Below are positions 49,385 through 60,959 of a DNA stretch of 64,000 bases, in pieces. Location of the stretch: assembly GCA_010909165.1 (NCBI GenBank), contig VJWM01000287.1:63175-127174 (forward strand). Direction: 5' to 3'. The notes under the pieces were generated by a model. The model was not told the origin of the DNA. It saw only the letters and a list, made by a program, of their open reading frames with translations, and made no database searches. This stretch comes from Anthoceros angustus. Taxonomy: Eukaryota; Plantae; Anthocerotophyta. Position numbers and translations under genes: made by a program. Position 1 is the first letter of the stretch. Each line of letters opens with the position of its first letter.

Positions 49385-49949
49385 TCAAATAAAAGCATCG
49401 GTCAACGCACACAAACAATGCTCATGCTTCAACTTTGAAACATCTACGAGTGCGCACATGCTCGATGTCGCGCGCATGCTAAGGGCCACCGCAGCCACCG
49501 CATGTGGGACTTCGTATGAGGACGCACCATGATACACCATGTGGTGATATTCTCGTGGTGATGTCACCATAAGATGGCATGCCGCCACGAACGTTGTGGC
49601 GCTATAACATATGCGGTTTGTGTTGTCGGCACGCGTATGCCGCATCATCAACCTATGAATCACGAGATGCCGCATTTCACAGATGTGCGCGTGTGCATGC
49701 CACATTGTTACTTCTACAGAGCAGGGAAAACAAATTGATACCAACCTTTCAGGATAACCGGTCAGATTTCCTACACAAAAAACGGAAAATGTTAGCGCGA
49801 CCACTTGATGTGTTCTATCGATAATGAGGGCGTGACCGTACTCAAGATTCTTTGCTGTCTACACACGGAGTGATTAGTTTGTTAGGAACTCTGATCACAA
49901 CATGTGACGTTGACGACACGTCGACTCTAAGTAAAATAAAACCGGGCGA

Positions 49950-52600
49950 TCTTAACTGGAGCTTTTGATCGGAATCTTACCTTGAAGACAGATGAAAACG
50001 GAAGTCGGTCAGAGCGGCAAGCTCAATCTGAAACGACAACCGTTAAACGATGCGTTTGTTGGTTACTGCAGTAAAGCGCGATCTACCGAAACGAAAGGAA
50101 AGGAAAGGATGTGTCACGACAATCGCAGGCCAAGGTTGAGATCGGCGGCGTTAGCAGCCCCAAGCTCGCACACGCCACGCCCGAGTCACGAATGCACCGG
50201 CGTCCGAGTCAAATGGCAAGTCATGCTTGAACGGCCATGCCGACTCGTGCGAGGCATGCTCAGAATTCGCATGGATAAGCTTCAAGAGCGCTTGAAGGAA
50301 GGACTTACGTAGGAGTTCTTGTGGTCGGACCGCTTCACCAGCAGGCAACGAGTGTCGTGACCTAGGTGAAAGGCAACGAGATTAATCCAAGATCGCAACG
50401 CCGATCAAAGACAAGACTCGCCGATCACTTGCTAGCTTTTGATCGTGATTAGCCCGACTTTGAAAGGAAACAACCAAGGTAATAAGGTCAGTTTGTCTAC
50501 ACAGAGGCTAATGTTCGAGGACCTCTTTGGCTGGAACTTGAAGGGTCTTTTGCTACTGGTCGAGTTTTCACTGACATATCACTTGTGAGAAAGGCAGTTC
50601 TCAATGGCAAACTGACAGCAGCGATTACAGCTCATGCACTAGCAATGGTTGGAAACAAGAGCCCACAAGATAGCTGGGTGTGGGCAAATGGACTTCAACC
50701 AATTAAGGAGAACCGACACTACCTTAGTGGGCTTGACGTCGTACCTACGAAGGACGCCAAAAAGAGACTTCTTGTTGTCTTATGGGCGGTGGCGAGCTAA
50801 GCGTGGGATGCCACGATGAGCCGCAAAAAGAGGATTAGGCGTAGATCGAGAGTGCAAATTGGTGTACCCACCTAGGGGTGGAATCAAGAAACTATGCGAT
50901 CAAGAAGAAGCGCATCAAACGATCGCGTGTGGTGGGCGTAGATGAAGGGCGTGGAGCCGATTGGCCGACCTTCCCCGAGGACACCAAACTTGGAGCAAGA
51001 GGCACTACGGCAGATCGTAACCCAGAGCGCCGACCGCCACATCCTACGCGAGCAGCTGCGTTGGGCGGCGGAATCAAACCCTATGTGCCGTGCTCAAAAC
51101 CGAAACTTAGATGGTTCGACGGTGGCGGCACCGTGGTTGAACGGTAGGTTCGGGTTACGCCCCGCTGCATCGGGGTTCGGAGATTAGGTTTGGTGCGGTT
51201 AGGCTAGGTTTGGAATCAAGAACCTAGGTTTGGTTGAGGAGCGGCGGCGGCAAATAATGGCGAACCCACGAGGTTTGGAATCCTCTAATCTTAGGTTCAA
51301 ATTCAAAACCCAGGTGATCTTAACTGGAGCTTTTGATCGGAATCTTACCTTGAAGGATAAGCGGGCCGGACGTATGCAAGCTCAAGCTGTAAACGCACAA
51401 GCTGTTAAGCGGCATGCGGCTTGCGGTTCGGTCGAGCAAAGCGATCTAAGCGAAAGGAAAGGAAAGGATGTGTCGAGCATACGCTGTTGAGGCGCAGCGT
51501 TAGCTGCGGCAAGCACTGCGCCGTCCGAGTCAGAACGCTGCGTGGTCAAATGGCAAGTCATGCTTGCAGCGGCCATGCCGACTCGTGCGAGGCATGCCTC
51601 TGTAACTCGCATGCGTGATGCGCTTCTAAGCGATTGAAGGACTTACGCAGGAGTTCTTGTGGTGGACCACAGCTTCCCAGTAAACGAGTGTTTGTTGTGA
51701 CCTAGGTGAAAGGCAACGAGATTAATCCAGACCAAAGCGTTCAAAGACAAGGCGCCGATCACTTGCTAGCTTGCGGGTGATCGATTAGCCGACTTTGAAA
51801 ACAACCAAGGTAAGGTCGGTTTGTCTACACAGGCTAATGTCGAGGACCTCTTTTGGCGGAACTTGAAGGGTCTTTTTACGTGTGGCACAGTTTCTCGACA
51901 TATCACTTGTGAAAAGCGTTCTCAATGGCACGGAGCGATTATAGCTCATGCACTAGCAATGGTTGGAAACAAGAGCCCACAAGATAGCTGGGTGTGGGCA
52001 AAGGACTTCAACCAATTAAGGAAGACACTACCTTAGTGGGCTTGACGTACCTCGAAGGGCAAAGAGACTTCTTGTTGTCTTATGGGCGGTGGCGAGCTAA
52101 GCGTGGGGGATGCGGTATGAGCCAAAAAGCGTGATCGATGGCGGAGATCGAGAGTGCAAATTGGTGTACCCACCTAGGGGTGGAATCAAGAAACTATGCG
52201 GTGAAGAAGAAGCGCATCAACGATGCGTGTGGTGGGCGTCAGATGAAGGGAACGTGGAGCCGATTGCGTCGTCAGACCTTCCCCGAGGACAGCAGCCAAA
52301 CTTGGAGCAAGAGGCACTCGCGAACGGCGTACGGGGCGACCGCCACATCCTCGCGAGCAACTGGCGGCTGTTGGGCGGTGTGAAACCCTATGTGCTTTGG
52401 TAAAAAGAAACTTCTAGATGGTTCGACGGTGGGGTGCGTGGCGTGTGGTTGCAGTAGGTTCGTTCCGCATCGGGGTTCGGAGATTAGGTTTGGTGCGGTT
52501 AGGCTAGGTTTGGAATCAAGAACCTAGGTTTGGTTGAGGAGCGGCGGCGAATGGCGAACCCTACGTGGTTGGAATCCGCTCGGAATCTTAGGTTGGTTAA
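49950..52600. repeat. Tandem duplication, 2 x ~1.35 kb, in the intergenic region between the unknown gene and the YR gene
   Basis: GATCTTAACTGGAGCTTTTGATCGGAATCTTACCTTGAAG occurs at ~49949 and ~51316, and the following sequence is colinear with many indels. Confidence 0.85.
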
Positions 52601-52664
52601 TTCAAATCGCCTTTGGTAGAGAGAGAACGGCGCGCCAGAGGAGAGTGTTTAGGGTTTGCTGGCC

Positions 52665-52672
52665 TATATAAA
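52665..52672 (+). promoter_or_regulatory. Putative TATA box upstream of the right YR gene (mirror at 41426-41432 on the minus strand)
   Basis: CTATATAAAT follows AGGGTTT and an array of CTAGGTTTGG motifs. The left element has TATATAA and CCAAACCTAG repeats at the mirrored position. Confidence 0.4.
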
Positions 52673-55107
52673 TGGCTTCTCCAAAGCGGAGGTCTTTTGC
52701 ATTGTCTTTTGGAGGCCGAGGTGGTCTCCGTCCAAGCTGTGCGTTGTCGCCTTTTTAGTGGCCAAGGTCTTCCTCCTCTGCTTCCTGGTGTCTCAGAGCC
52801 AGAGGGCCATGGCCTATGCCTTGTGCATTTCCTCCGTGCTCAAGTCCATGAGTTGTCTAGTTCTAGTTTCGGGCCAAAGTGATTTCGCTCTCCAAGGCTT
52901 AGTTTTTGTAGCCTTCTTTGAAGGCCAAGGTGTTCTAGGCTTCTAGGCTTCTAGGCTTTGTTGGCCAAGGTTTTTGTCCTTCGAAGGCTAAGGTTTCCCT
53001 TTCGCTCAAAGGCCAAGGTCTCGTGATTGTTTCTTCAAGGCCAAGGTGTTGCTGGTGTTGGTTCTTTCAAGGCCAAGGGTTTGCTCCCGAAGGTCACGTG
53101 TCCTTGCCCGCCAAGCTTGTTGCTTAGTCCGGCGCAAGGTTGATTGGCACAAGGCCGAGGTTTCGAAAGGTTAAGGCCCTGCCTTCTTTGAAGTCGCTGC
53201 CCATTTGCGCTTACGTCGTTGTTTCGCCTATTGTTTCTTTCTTTGTTGTTTTGTGCGGTTTTGGTGTTGTTTTTACACGGTGGTGTTCTCGGCCCTGTAT
53301 GGTCGGGTTTTTGTCTGGTTTCGGTTTAAGTGTTTTTCTACCTCCACGTGGCTTTTTGTATCGCTTTTTTGATCTCGTGATGTTGTTTTGTCCGCGATTC
53401 CTAAATCATAGGAATGACTACTTTGCTATGATGGTATTTGGTTTACGTCGCCGATACCCGTTGCTAGTTGATTTCGTCGAGGTTGTTTTGTTTATTTTGT
53501 TTTGTGTTGATGCGGCCGATGGAGTCTGCGTGAAAACGGCGATTGTCTCTGCTTTTGAGCCTTCATTCTATTGTTGCATCTAGTTGAAGGTTGTCATGTC
53601 TGTTCCATGAGTCATTCTTGCGTTCTTTTGACCTTCTCTTAACGGTCGTTTCTGGTTGATTGTTGGAACTGACCTTTTCTCTGTTCGCTTGTTGTCGTGT
53701 GGTCATGGCTTGCATCGCACCGCTTGTTTTCTTGTCTCATGATTTGGTGTTCTTGTTTTTGTCGTGACGTTGCTATGTGTGTCGTTTAAAGCTTAACTTT
53801 GTGTGTATAAGCTTGGTTCTGCCGATTTCGCTTTGTACTTTCTCTTGTTGACTTTTTGTTGACGCCATCGGATTGTGTCTGTCGTTTTTGAAATCGACCA
53901 GATTCTCGGTCGAGAGGTTTGCTTCGTTGTTACTTCCAAGTTTTGTTTAGGTCTGTTATGCGATTTTCACCTTTCACCGCTTGTTTTCACCTTCAGAACG
54001 CTGCTATAACTTGTTTGTTTGAAGTGACTTTTTGTCTCTCGCTTGATGCGGTTCCATGTGTTTTGTTTTTGTCACGCCATTTGTCTCTCAGCTTAGTCTC
54101 GACTTCGTATTTGCTTCACATCGTAATTCTTTGTTGTTTTGTTTTTCAGCCTTAATATGTGTTTGTGACTCAAAGGTGTATAAGTTTTCGGTCCCCGATG
54201 GTTTGCTTTCCTCGTGTTCTTACTCTCTCACTGCTTTTGATGCTCATGTTTTCCTATGTGGACATATTTGGATTTTGTTTGGTACAATGAACCTTTGTTT
54301 AGTAATCGTCTTTATAGATGTCTGCTTTTGAAAAATGTCACTAGATTCTCTTGAGTTGTATTAGTTTTTCATTGTCTTTGTTCTTGATGTGAAGTAATTT
54401 CAAGATTTTCTAATAAGATGTTGTTGGTAAATGTGGTGTCAACGCTGCATTGTCTTGTATTTTACATTTATCATTTGCAATCATGTAATGCTTATCGTTG
54501 TTTGTTTTAAGCCGCAGCGTGCATTCTTGTTCTTATTTGTTTTTTTTGCGGACAAGCGGGAGGAAATTTGTCCATGGTGTAACCTTGATCCGTATGTCAA
54601 CTTTACGTTAGAGATGATCTTTTGATATGTTTGTGCATATGCCTTCGTGTCAAGTTTGCTTTGCTACCACTTTTAAGTTATCTAATCCATCAAATTGTGT
54701 GTAGGCATGCTATCGTGGTGAAGGGTTGGCTCGCCAACGCTTCTACTGGTCCGTCTGTGAATGATAACCTTCAGTCCATTGAATCTCCTAGTATGCGTCT
54801 CAGTGTTGTAATCGCCTAACATTTTTGTTGTTTTGTTATTATTGGCAAAAGGGTCTAATTTGAAGTATGTGGGTTTTTGGGAAAGGAGTTTTCTTCTCAC
54901 TAACATAAAGTGGAGGATCAAATTTAACAATGTGTAGATTCAATGAATGTTCTGCTATCCCCACACCCTCTTCGTCTTAAATTGTTTTATAATCATCTGT
55001 TAGACCCTTCAGAAGTTCATTTGAAGTTCAACACCACGTAAGTGTGTTTTTGTTGTGGTTTTGTTCTTTAGGTTGTGTTCCTTGTCCACTCTAATGCTTG
55101 GCTTGCG

Positions 55108-57060
55108 ATGGCACCCAAAAGAAACCCACTGGGCCTTCGACGGAAAGAAGCAAGGGTCCTGGCCAAGTCATGGCTAAGCCGTACACTGCAGCAGGTCAAG
55201 TCACCGTTCTCCACATCGCAACTCATCCACCGCAGGATGATGGTAAAGTTGATGGTGTCTTGGTGCAGTGAAGGAACATATTTAGTTCCAAAAAGGCATT
55301 CCTAAACCGCCAAGGCACTTCTCATCCAAGAAGGATGCTCGACGTGCGGTGAGTTTGTCGAGAAGAGGAGAAGGGTGACACTGAATGTGGCATTGGTTGA
55401 AGGTCCTCTTGCGAGATTACTAACTATGTCCCAAAGGTCGAGAGAGGGGTCCAGCTTGTGGGGAGAATGATTTCTTGATAACCGACGATCCCATGGTTGT
55501 GAGCCGCCAAAGCCTCGAGTCTAGAGATTTGTGTGTGGTTGAACAGATGCTTTACGCGCTTTTCCATGCTGCTGTGGTTCCCGACCGAGTCATCCCCGAT
55601 CAAGAAGTGCTCGATATGTTTGAGAGGCTAAAGTGTGTGGTCCCAAGATGACTTTGCCATGGGTATGGAGGAAATTGATGATGAAGAAATTTTCAGAGAG
55701 CAGGGATTTGACCCGTACCCCTGAGGGAGCTGTGAATGATGCTTTGAGTGGTGGGAGGATAGGTCAAACGCGTAATAACCGTGTCAAGTCGCCTGGCCTT
55801 TATGAAAGTGAGTGGGGTGGGATGGGATATCGCTGTTGAGGATATTCACAAGGATCTAAATCTTATTCGATACCTTTTTCCATCAAGTTCGAATCAAGGA
55901 CAACAGGAGATTTTCTCCGTAAACGTAAGTAGTGATGTTTTCTTACTTGTTGATTTTGATAGTTCGACTTTCCTTTCACATGATGATTCGATCTTCACTT
56001 GTGCGGTGATGTCTTTCTTTCGTGGGTTTAACCGATTTTAACAAGGAAGTGCATCTGAACCAAAGCCGCTTGGTTCGATGTTCCTTGATCAACATGTTTC
56101 ATGGAATTTTCCATGGGTCCTGTGCGGTTGCGTCCATGAAAATCAAGGACCTTGGGATTGTGTCATGTCGAAAAGAGGTGAAGTTGATTTCGATGATGAT
56201 GGCGATTCTTTCACACGTAGATCATCAATGCTCATTTGGGGCTAAAAGGTAATATTGTTGGTTTTGGGGTGCACTTTGATTGTTCATTTATGGTCTCTTA
56301 AACACAGGCCTTATGCTTATATTGTTTGCGTGCATTTTTGCATGACCAGTTTGGAGTTCGAGGTGGTGAAGAGTTACATAACTCGCTCATTAGGGACTTC
56401 TCATTTGCATCAGATTCAAAGCGGACCTTTTGTTCAAGAGGTGTAGTCTTTTGTTTTCTTGTTTGTTTTGATGACAGATTGAGCTGCCTTCATTTGCGGT
56501 ATGAAGAACGATTCAAAAATTACAAAGTGGATATGAAGAATTACCAGTGAGCATTTCCAAAAAGGTCAAGATCTACGAAAAGGATGTTATCGAAACTTTT
56601 AAAGTCAAGTATTGATCACTCTCCCAAGTGGTCGCATACGACAAGAATTTGTCAATTCGGGGTTTCTCTTCAATTCAACCATTGATAACCCAAGATCAAT
56701 GTAAGTTTTTGGTTTATTGGGCTTGAGTTTTGTGGTTTGTATTTACTAACTGCTTGTTTTTGTTGGCTTGGTATGCAAAACTTCGTGTTTCAAAAGGAAT
56801 GTCAAGGTTTATGAAGACCATGGTCAAGCAACCGGGCTTGTTGGCTATTACACCAATAAGAGCTGCCGTGTAACGATGATTACACGCTTGACGATGGCTG
56901 TGTGCCCTCCGATGCCGGGAGAAGTGACCGCCATAAAACGGATGCCGGATTTTCAAGGTAATATGTTGAAAGCTTGTGACATTTGAGTCTTTGTATGCTG
57001 TTCCTAACGTTCTCATATGGTGATATGACCGTCGTCAAGCAAAAAAGCAGAAGAGTTCTT
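55108..57060 (+). CDS. DUF3504/Crypton-type tyrosine recombinase, intron-containing (frameshifts probably consensus errors)
   Basis: Motifs in order: MAPKRNP; QDDFAMGMEEIDDEEIFREQGFDP; ASMKIKDLGIVS; FGVRGGEELHN (56350-56382, catalytic R); EER.KNYKVDMKNYQ (K); YTNKSCRVTMITRL (56849-56890, K-x-x-R); VT(G)HKTDAGFSR with one base missing at ~56930 (H); then a donor and Y-D-R at ~57023 (probable catalytic Y; acceptor imperfect). Confidence 0.75.
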
Positions 57061-57656
57061 GTTCTCGTGAACGACGATCTTATCGTGAGCTTTTAAATGA
57101 AGAACTCAATCGGATGCGTGATGATTTAAGGGTGTTCTTCCGTCATCAGGTTGAATGTAACTCAAATAGTATTTTAGTCACCAAGATCGTTGCAAGTGCA
57201 ACACGTTAGTAATGTGTTTGAGATTTGTATCAAGTATGTAGGGACTTGTGTCAAAATCGTGTCCCGACTTGTTGATTTGTCGTCCCGTTACCTCTATTCA
57301 TCATGAAAGGCACGAACAATGTTGACCGAATCGAGTTTTTCCGCACCATGTGGTCCACTGTGTCTTGAAGTTCGTTGGTATTGTGAAGTTGCTTTGTTGT
57401 AGCCATGTTAGTTTTTTTTTAATCATACTTGGTTTTTGTTTTTTGGCGCCTCCCGAAAGTGCCAAGGCATCCAGATGGATAATAGCACCAACCGGGTGTT
57501 CTAGTGAAATTCCATATGTTGACAAGGTTGATTCTTGCTTTGTTTGTTGTTTTCATTCATTTTGGAGTTTCGATTGTGTTCTTCTTGGCGATTGTGAATC
57601 CTTCGACTAGTGTAGTGGAGCTTCGTCCCTCATTTCAACATTGATACACCGAGTGG

Positions 57657-58128
57657 ATGCGGGCCCTCCGTTGGAGGGCATTGTGCAGAGTGAGTGTGAT
57701 CACCATCCGGTTAACCAGATGTAAATGTGGTGGTAGCACCTCGATATATTGCTTGACCAAAATGGAAATGGAAGTGGCTTTGAATTGCCGAGATCTCCCG
57801 AGAACGGAATTGGAGAATGACAAATTGAAACAGGAAATGGAGTTTCAGCAAAAGGATTTGGAGGCACTTATAGAGAGACAGAGGAAAAGGCTTGAATTAC
57901 GAGTCTCTAAGCAAAGAGAGAAAGCCCTTGAGATTCGAGGCGAGAAATGCGGAGAGGAGACAAGAGCATATTAAGCATCAAGAGAAGGGCAGCAGAAAAG
58001 AGCAGCAAGAGGTTCGGAGATTGGAAAGACAACAGGAGCGTAAGGATGTGCCTCGAGATATTTCAAGCTATCTCGCGAAAATCTGGATTGGTAAGCTTTA
58101 TGCTTTTATTAATCGTTTACTAGATTGA
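57657..58128 (+). CDS. Small coiled-coil-rich ORF downstream of the YR gene, frameshifted
   Basis: ELENDKLKQEMEFQQKDLEALIERQRKRLELR / RRQEHIKHQEKGSRKEQQEVRRLERQQERK is an E/K/Q/R heptad-like sequence. It is followed by AG|GTAAGC-like and TTTTAG|G splice signals. Confidence 0.35.
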
Positions 58129-59339
58129 AAATTAATGGTTGTGTTGTTTTAGGTTGTGACCTTGCGAAGATGGTCAATTTCGCCCAAGTCCTCGCCTTCA
58201 TCAATTGGTTGCCAATTATGATAATGCCGTAAGTACCAATCAAGCCAAGTGGTCGTGAAAATTACATTTTCAATAATATATAAATTTCCCAAAATAAGGT
58301 GAGTATCAATGTTTTTTATTTTTAGTGTTTACTAGTAGCAGCGTAATTACGGTTTGGGTGCTAATTTTGGTTTTGTTTGTAGGTTTTGTTGAAGCAGTTC
58401 ACTCTATCGGTATTTACTCTTCATTAGTTGAATTGTATTTCATGCACCGATATACAGAAACTCGCAAAGAAAAGGGTTCTTTGTTGGTTTTTGTATATCC
58501 CGGATCCGCATGAATATTATTTAACAGAAAATGTTTTTGTATTAGCGATTTTGGTGGGATTTCTAGAATGAGCTTCTAGACGACCGGTATTCACTTGGTC
58601 GCCATGTTTTCTACTCTAGTGCTCGCTTTTCCACCTTGATGGTAGATCATATTCACCCCACTTGGCATGTTTTCTACTATAGTGTAATGAATTTTACTAT
58701 CTGGTAAAATAATGGCCAAAAGGCCGATTCTCTCTCTAAAATTTCACTGACTCAAAAACTATCGGCCGAGGCCCCAGAGCAGCGACTTTACGCTGAGAAG
58801 AATGACCCAGTAATGCAATTCCTGCGGCACAATCAAGACCACGAGCCAAACTGACCCCAATGTCGTTCGGCCTCTCACCGCGATCAAGACTTTTGACCGT
58901 GTCTTGTCACCGAGGGTGTCCGTGAGGAACTGCGGAGTTGAGAAACAATGATGGGTACATTGTGTTCCACAAGGTTACACACCAAATTTGTTTAGAAGGA
59001 GTGAGGCAAACTGCTAGTGGAGCTAAAGCGGGGCTTGACTTCCGGTCGCCACCCATTGGCGCCCAGGCGGGGTGCATCCGCCCGGGATACTCACGATGGC
59101 GTGGGGTGCATGTGGACGTACCGGTAGTAAATGCATCTGCGGTTCGAAACCACCGGTTCATCTGCGCGAAGCAATTACGGTGAGAAGCAACCAACAAGGG
59201 CATCGCAAGGATGCGGCCGGCAATGGAGAAGATGGTATGCTTACTACTAATGCAAATCTTGGGAAACAACCCGGTGATGCATACTGCTGCTTGAAACAAT
59301 CACTTTGCTTAAGCATCCAGAATAAAGGTTACGCAAAGG

Positions 59340-60900
59340 TTTAGCGTTGGCTAATGATGTAGGTCATGGCGGTGAGCCGAGCATTCGTCCCATCATGTCT
59401 GCACCGTGATGTGTGCCAGCAGGACGACCGGGTTTTGAGGCGGGGCGGCGGACTTGGTGACCCCCATCGCAACTCCTCCATGACAAAGGGAAGGCCTAAC
59501 CGGAGCTGAGGACACTAGGGATGCCAGTGAGACAATGAGGCATTTCGGATGGTATTTTGCGAGACGGTGGGAAGGCATCGGGATCTGAAGGTGGCTCTCT
59601 GAGACGAGAGGAGAATTGGCAGGCCCGGTGAAGAAGGCGATCTCGGTTAGTCCCATCCGTGATTGCTCACGAGTCAAGCAGTGTGTTGGATCGTGAAGGG
59701 GTAAGCGAGTCCCCACCGTGGAAATACATGAGGAAGGAAGAGAGAAGTGCTTTTGTTGGCAAGCAGTTAGGACAAGGGTGCATGACAATGGGAAAGCCAA
59801 GAAGTCAAAGAAACAAGGGAAGCCCCGGTGGAGAGAACAAAGAAGAAAGGAGGATGAACCGCTGCGGGTTTGTGGAGAAAGCTAGGGCTCAGCGATAACA
59901 GACTTCTTTGCAATAGGCGGATGCCGGCGGACGTAGAAAGGGACGGTGTGCTATCAAAGTTTGAGTCTACTTTGAAACTGCCAATCAAGTGTTGCAAACC
60001 CCGAGGAGCGTGAGGCGTGGTGAGGAAACTAGATCTCGCTTGGGTGGAGGCTTTGATGCAAAAGATGAAACACTGCCCTGGGTGGTTGTGTCGCCAATGG
60101 TTGTGATAGTCGATCCTTCAGTACAAAGAATTTGGACGTTGAGAAGGTGGACCAAGGTGTACAAGTCTTTCGCCTTGGGGGTAATCATTCTTTCCGTGCA
60201 AGGTCCGTCTGCCTCATCTGTACCATCAAGAGTACAAGTGGATGGATGCATATGTCCTAGCTGGACTCACGGAGGACGAGATGAGGATTGTAGCTGACCA
60301 CAACACGATCGCAGATGCAAGAAAGACATTTACTTTCATGGACCGAGTACGTTACATTAGAAGTGAGTTGCTATCTAGGAGGTCGAAGGTTTGAAGTGCG
60401 ACGAAGGTTGGAAGTCCGGATGTGTATGCGCTGGCAAGATCCCAAAGTGGGATGCAACAAAGCATGGCCCCAAGGTATGTGATTACAGTGCTTGTGGACA
60501 ACAACACCTTTGGATCACTGTGGCAAAAGTTGATGAAGAAGTCTGGAGGTATGTGGACTAGATATTTGAGAAGTGGGAAAGTGATGCCTATGAGAGACCT
60601 TAACACGATAATTTTTAAGGGGTGAATAATCTCAAGGGGTTTTCCGCAAATAATCTCCTCAAGGGGTTTTGATGGGCCCTAAAATGCTTTGAAGGCATTG
60701 CGAAAACACCAAAAAAAAGGTGTCACCCAAGAAAGTTACTACTTTCCATCCAAAGAATGTTTGTCGAATGGTGGTCGCAAACTCAACCTAGGGAATGATG
60801 CAAAGTAGGAACGGTGAGGAAGGCTGCACGGGCAAGTGACGATCAGAACTCGCTTTTGGATGGAAATGTGGTTTTGTTATGACACCACAAAAGCCACTAT
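59340..60900 (+). pseudogene. Second ParB/Srx-like gene of the same family as 22146-27372, lacking a recognisable MTase half
   Basis: SPMVVIVDP, LGGNHSFRAR (~60174-60205), YKWMDAYVLAGLTEDEMRIVADHNTIADARKTFTFMDRVRYIRSEL and VWRYVD.IFEKW align with LLCMIDP, LGGNHT, QWIEAHVYCGLS..EMRI..DHN..DKRKKMNFIER and VWE.VDKIFSKW of the first copy. Confidence 0.7.
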
Positions 60901-60959
60901 GTGTATTTCCTAACATGTAAACATCAAGAACCTGGACTTACAACATTAACTCGGGACCC

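Larger units (their letters stand above)
46280..58792 (+). mobile_element. Crypton-like tyrosine-recombinase element, right copy (apparently complete)
   Basis: It mirrors the left element and ends ...CGGCCGAGGCCCCAGAGCAGCGACTTTACG at 58792. It contains a YR gene with all catalytic motifs and the divergently transcribed unknown gene. The inner boundary is approximate. Confidence 0.6.

Noticed and set aside
56200-56240. HxD motif (LSHVDHQ) suggesting a 2OG-Fe(II)/TET-JBP dioxygenase
   Set aside because: It lies immediately before the F.VRGG.E box in a colinear tyrosine-recombinase sequence, with no distal H or R of a DSBH fold.
35979-58792. A single 23-kb TIR (CACTA/MULE-like) transposon
   Set aside because: There is no convincing TSD, and homology extends through whole genes with synonymous divergence. 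Two related elements in opposite orientation explain it better.
58907-59299. 130-aa minus-strand ORF as RNase H/LINE fragment
   Set aside because: No diagnostic residues were found in any frame.
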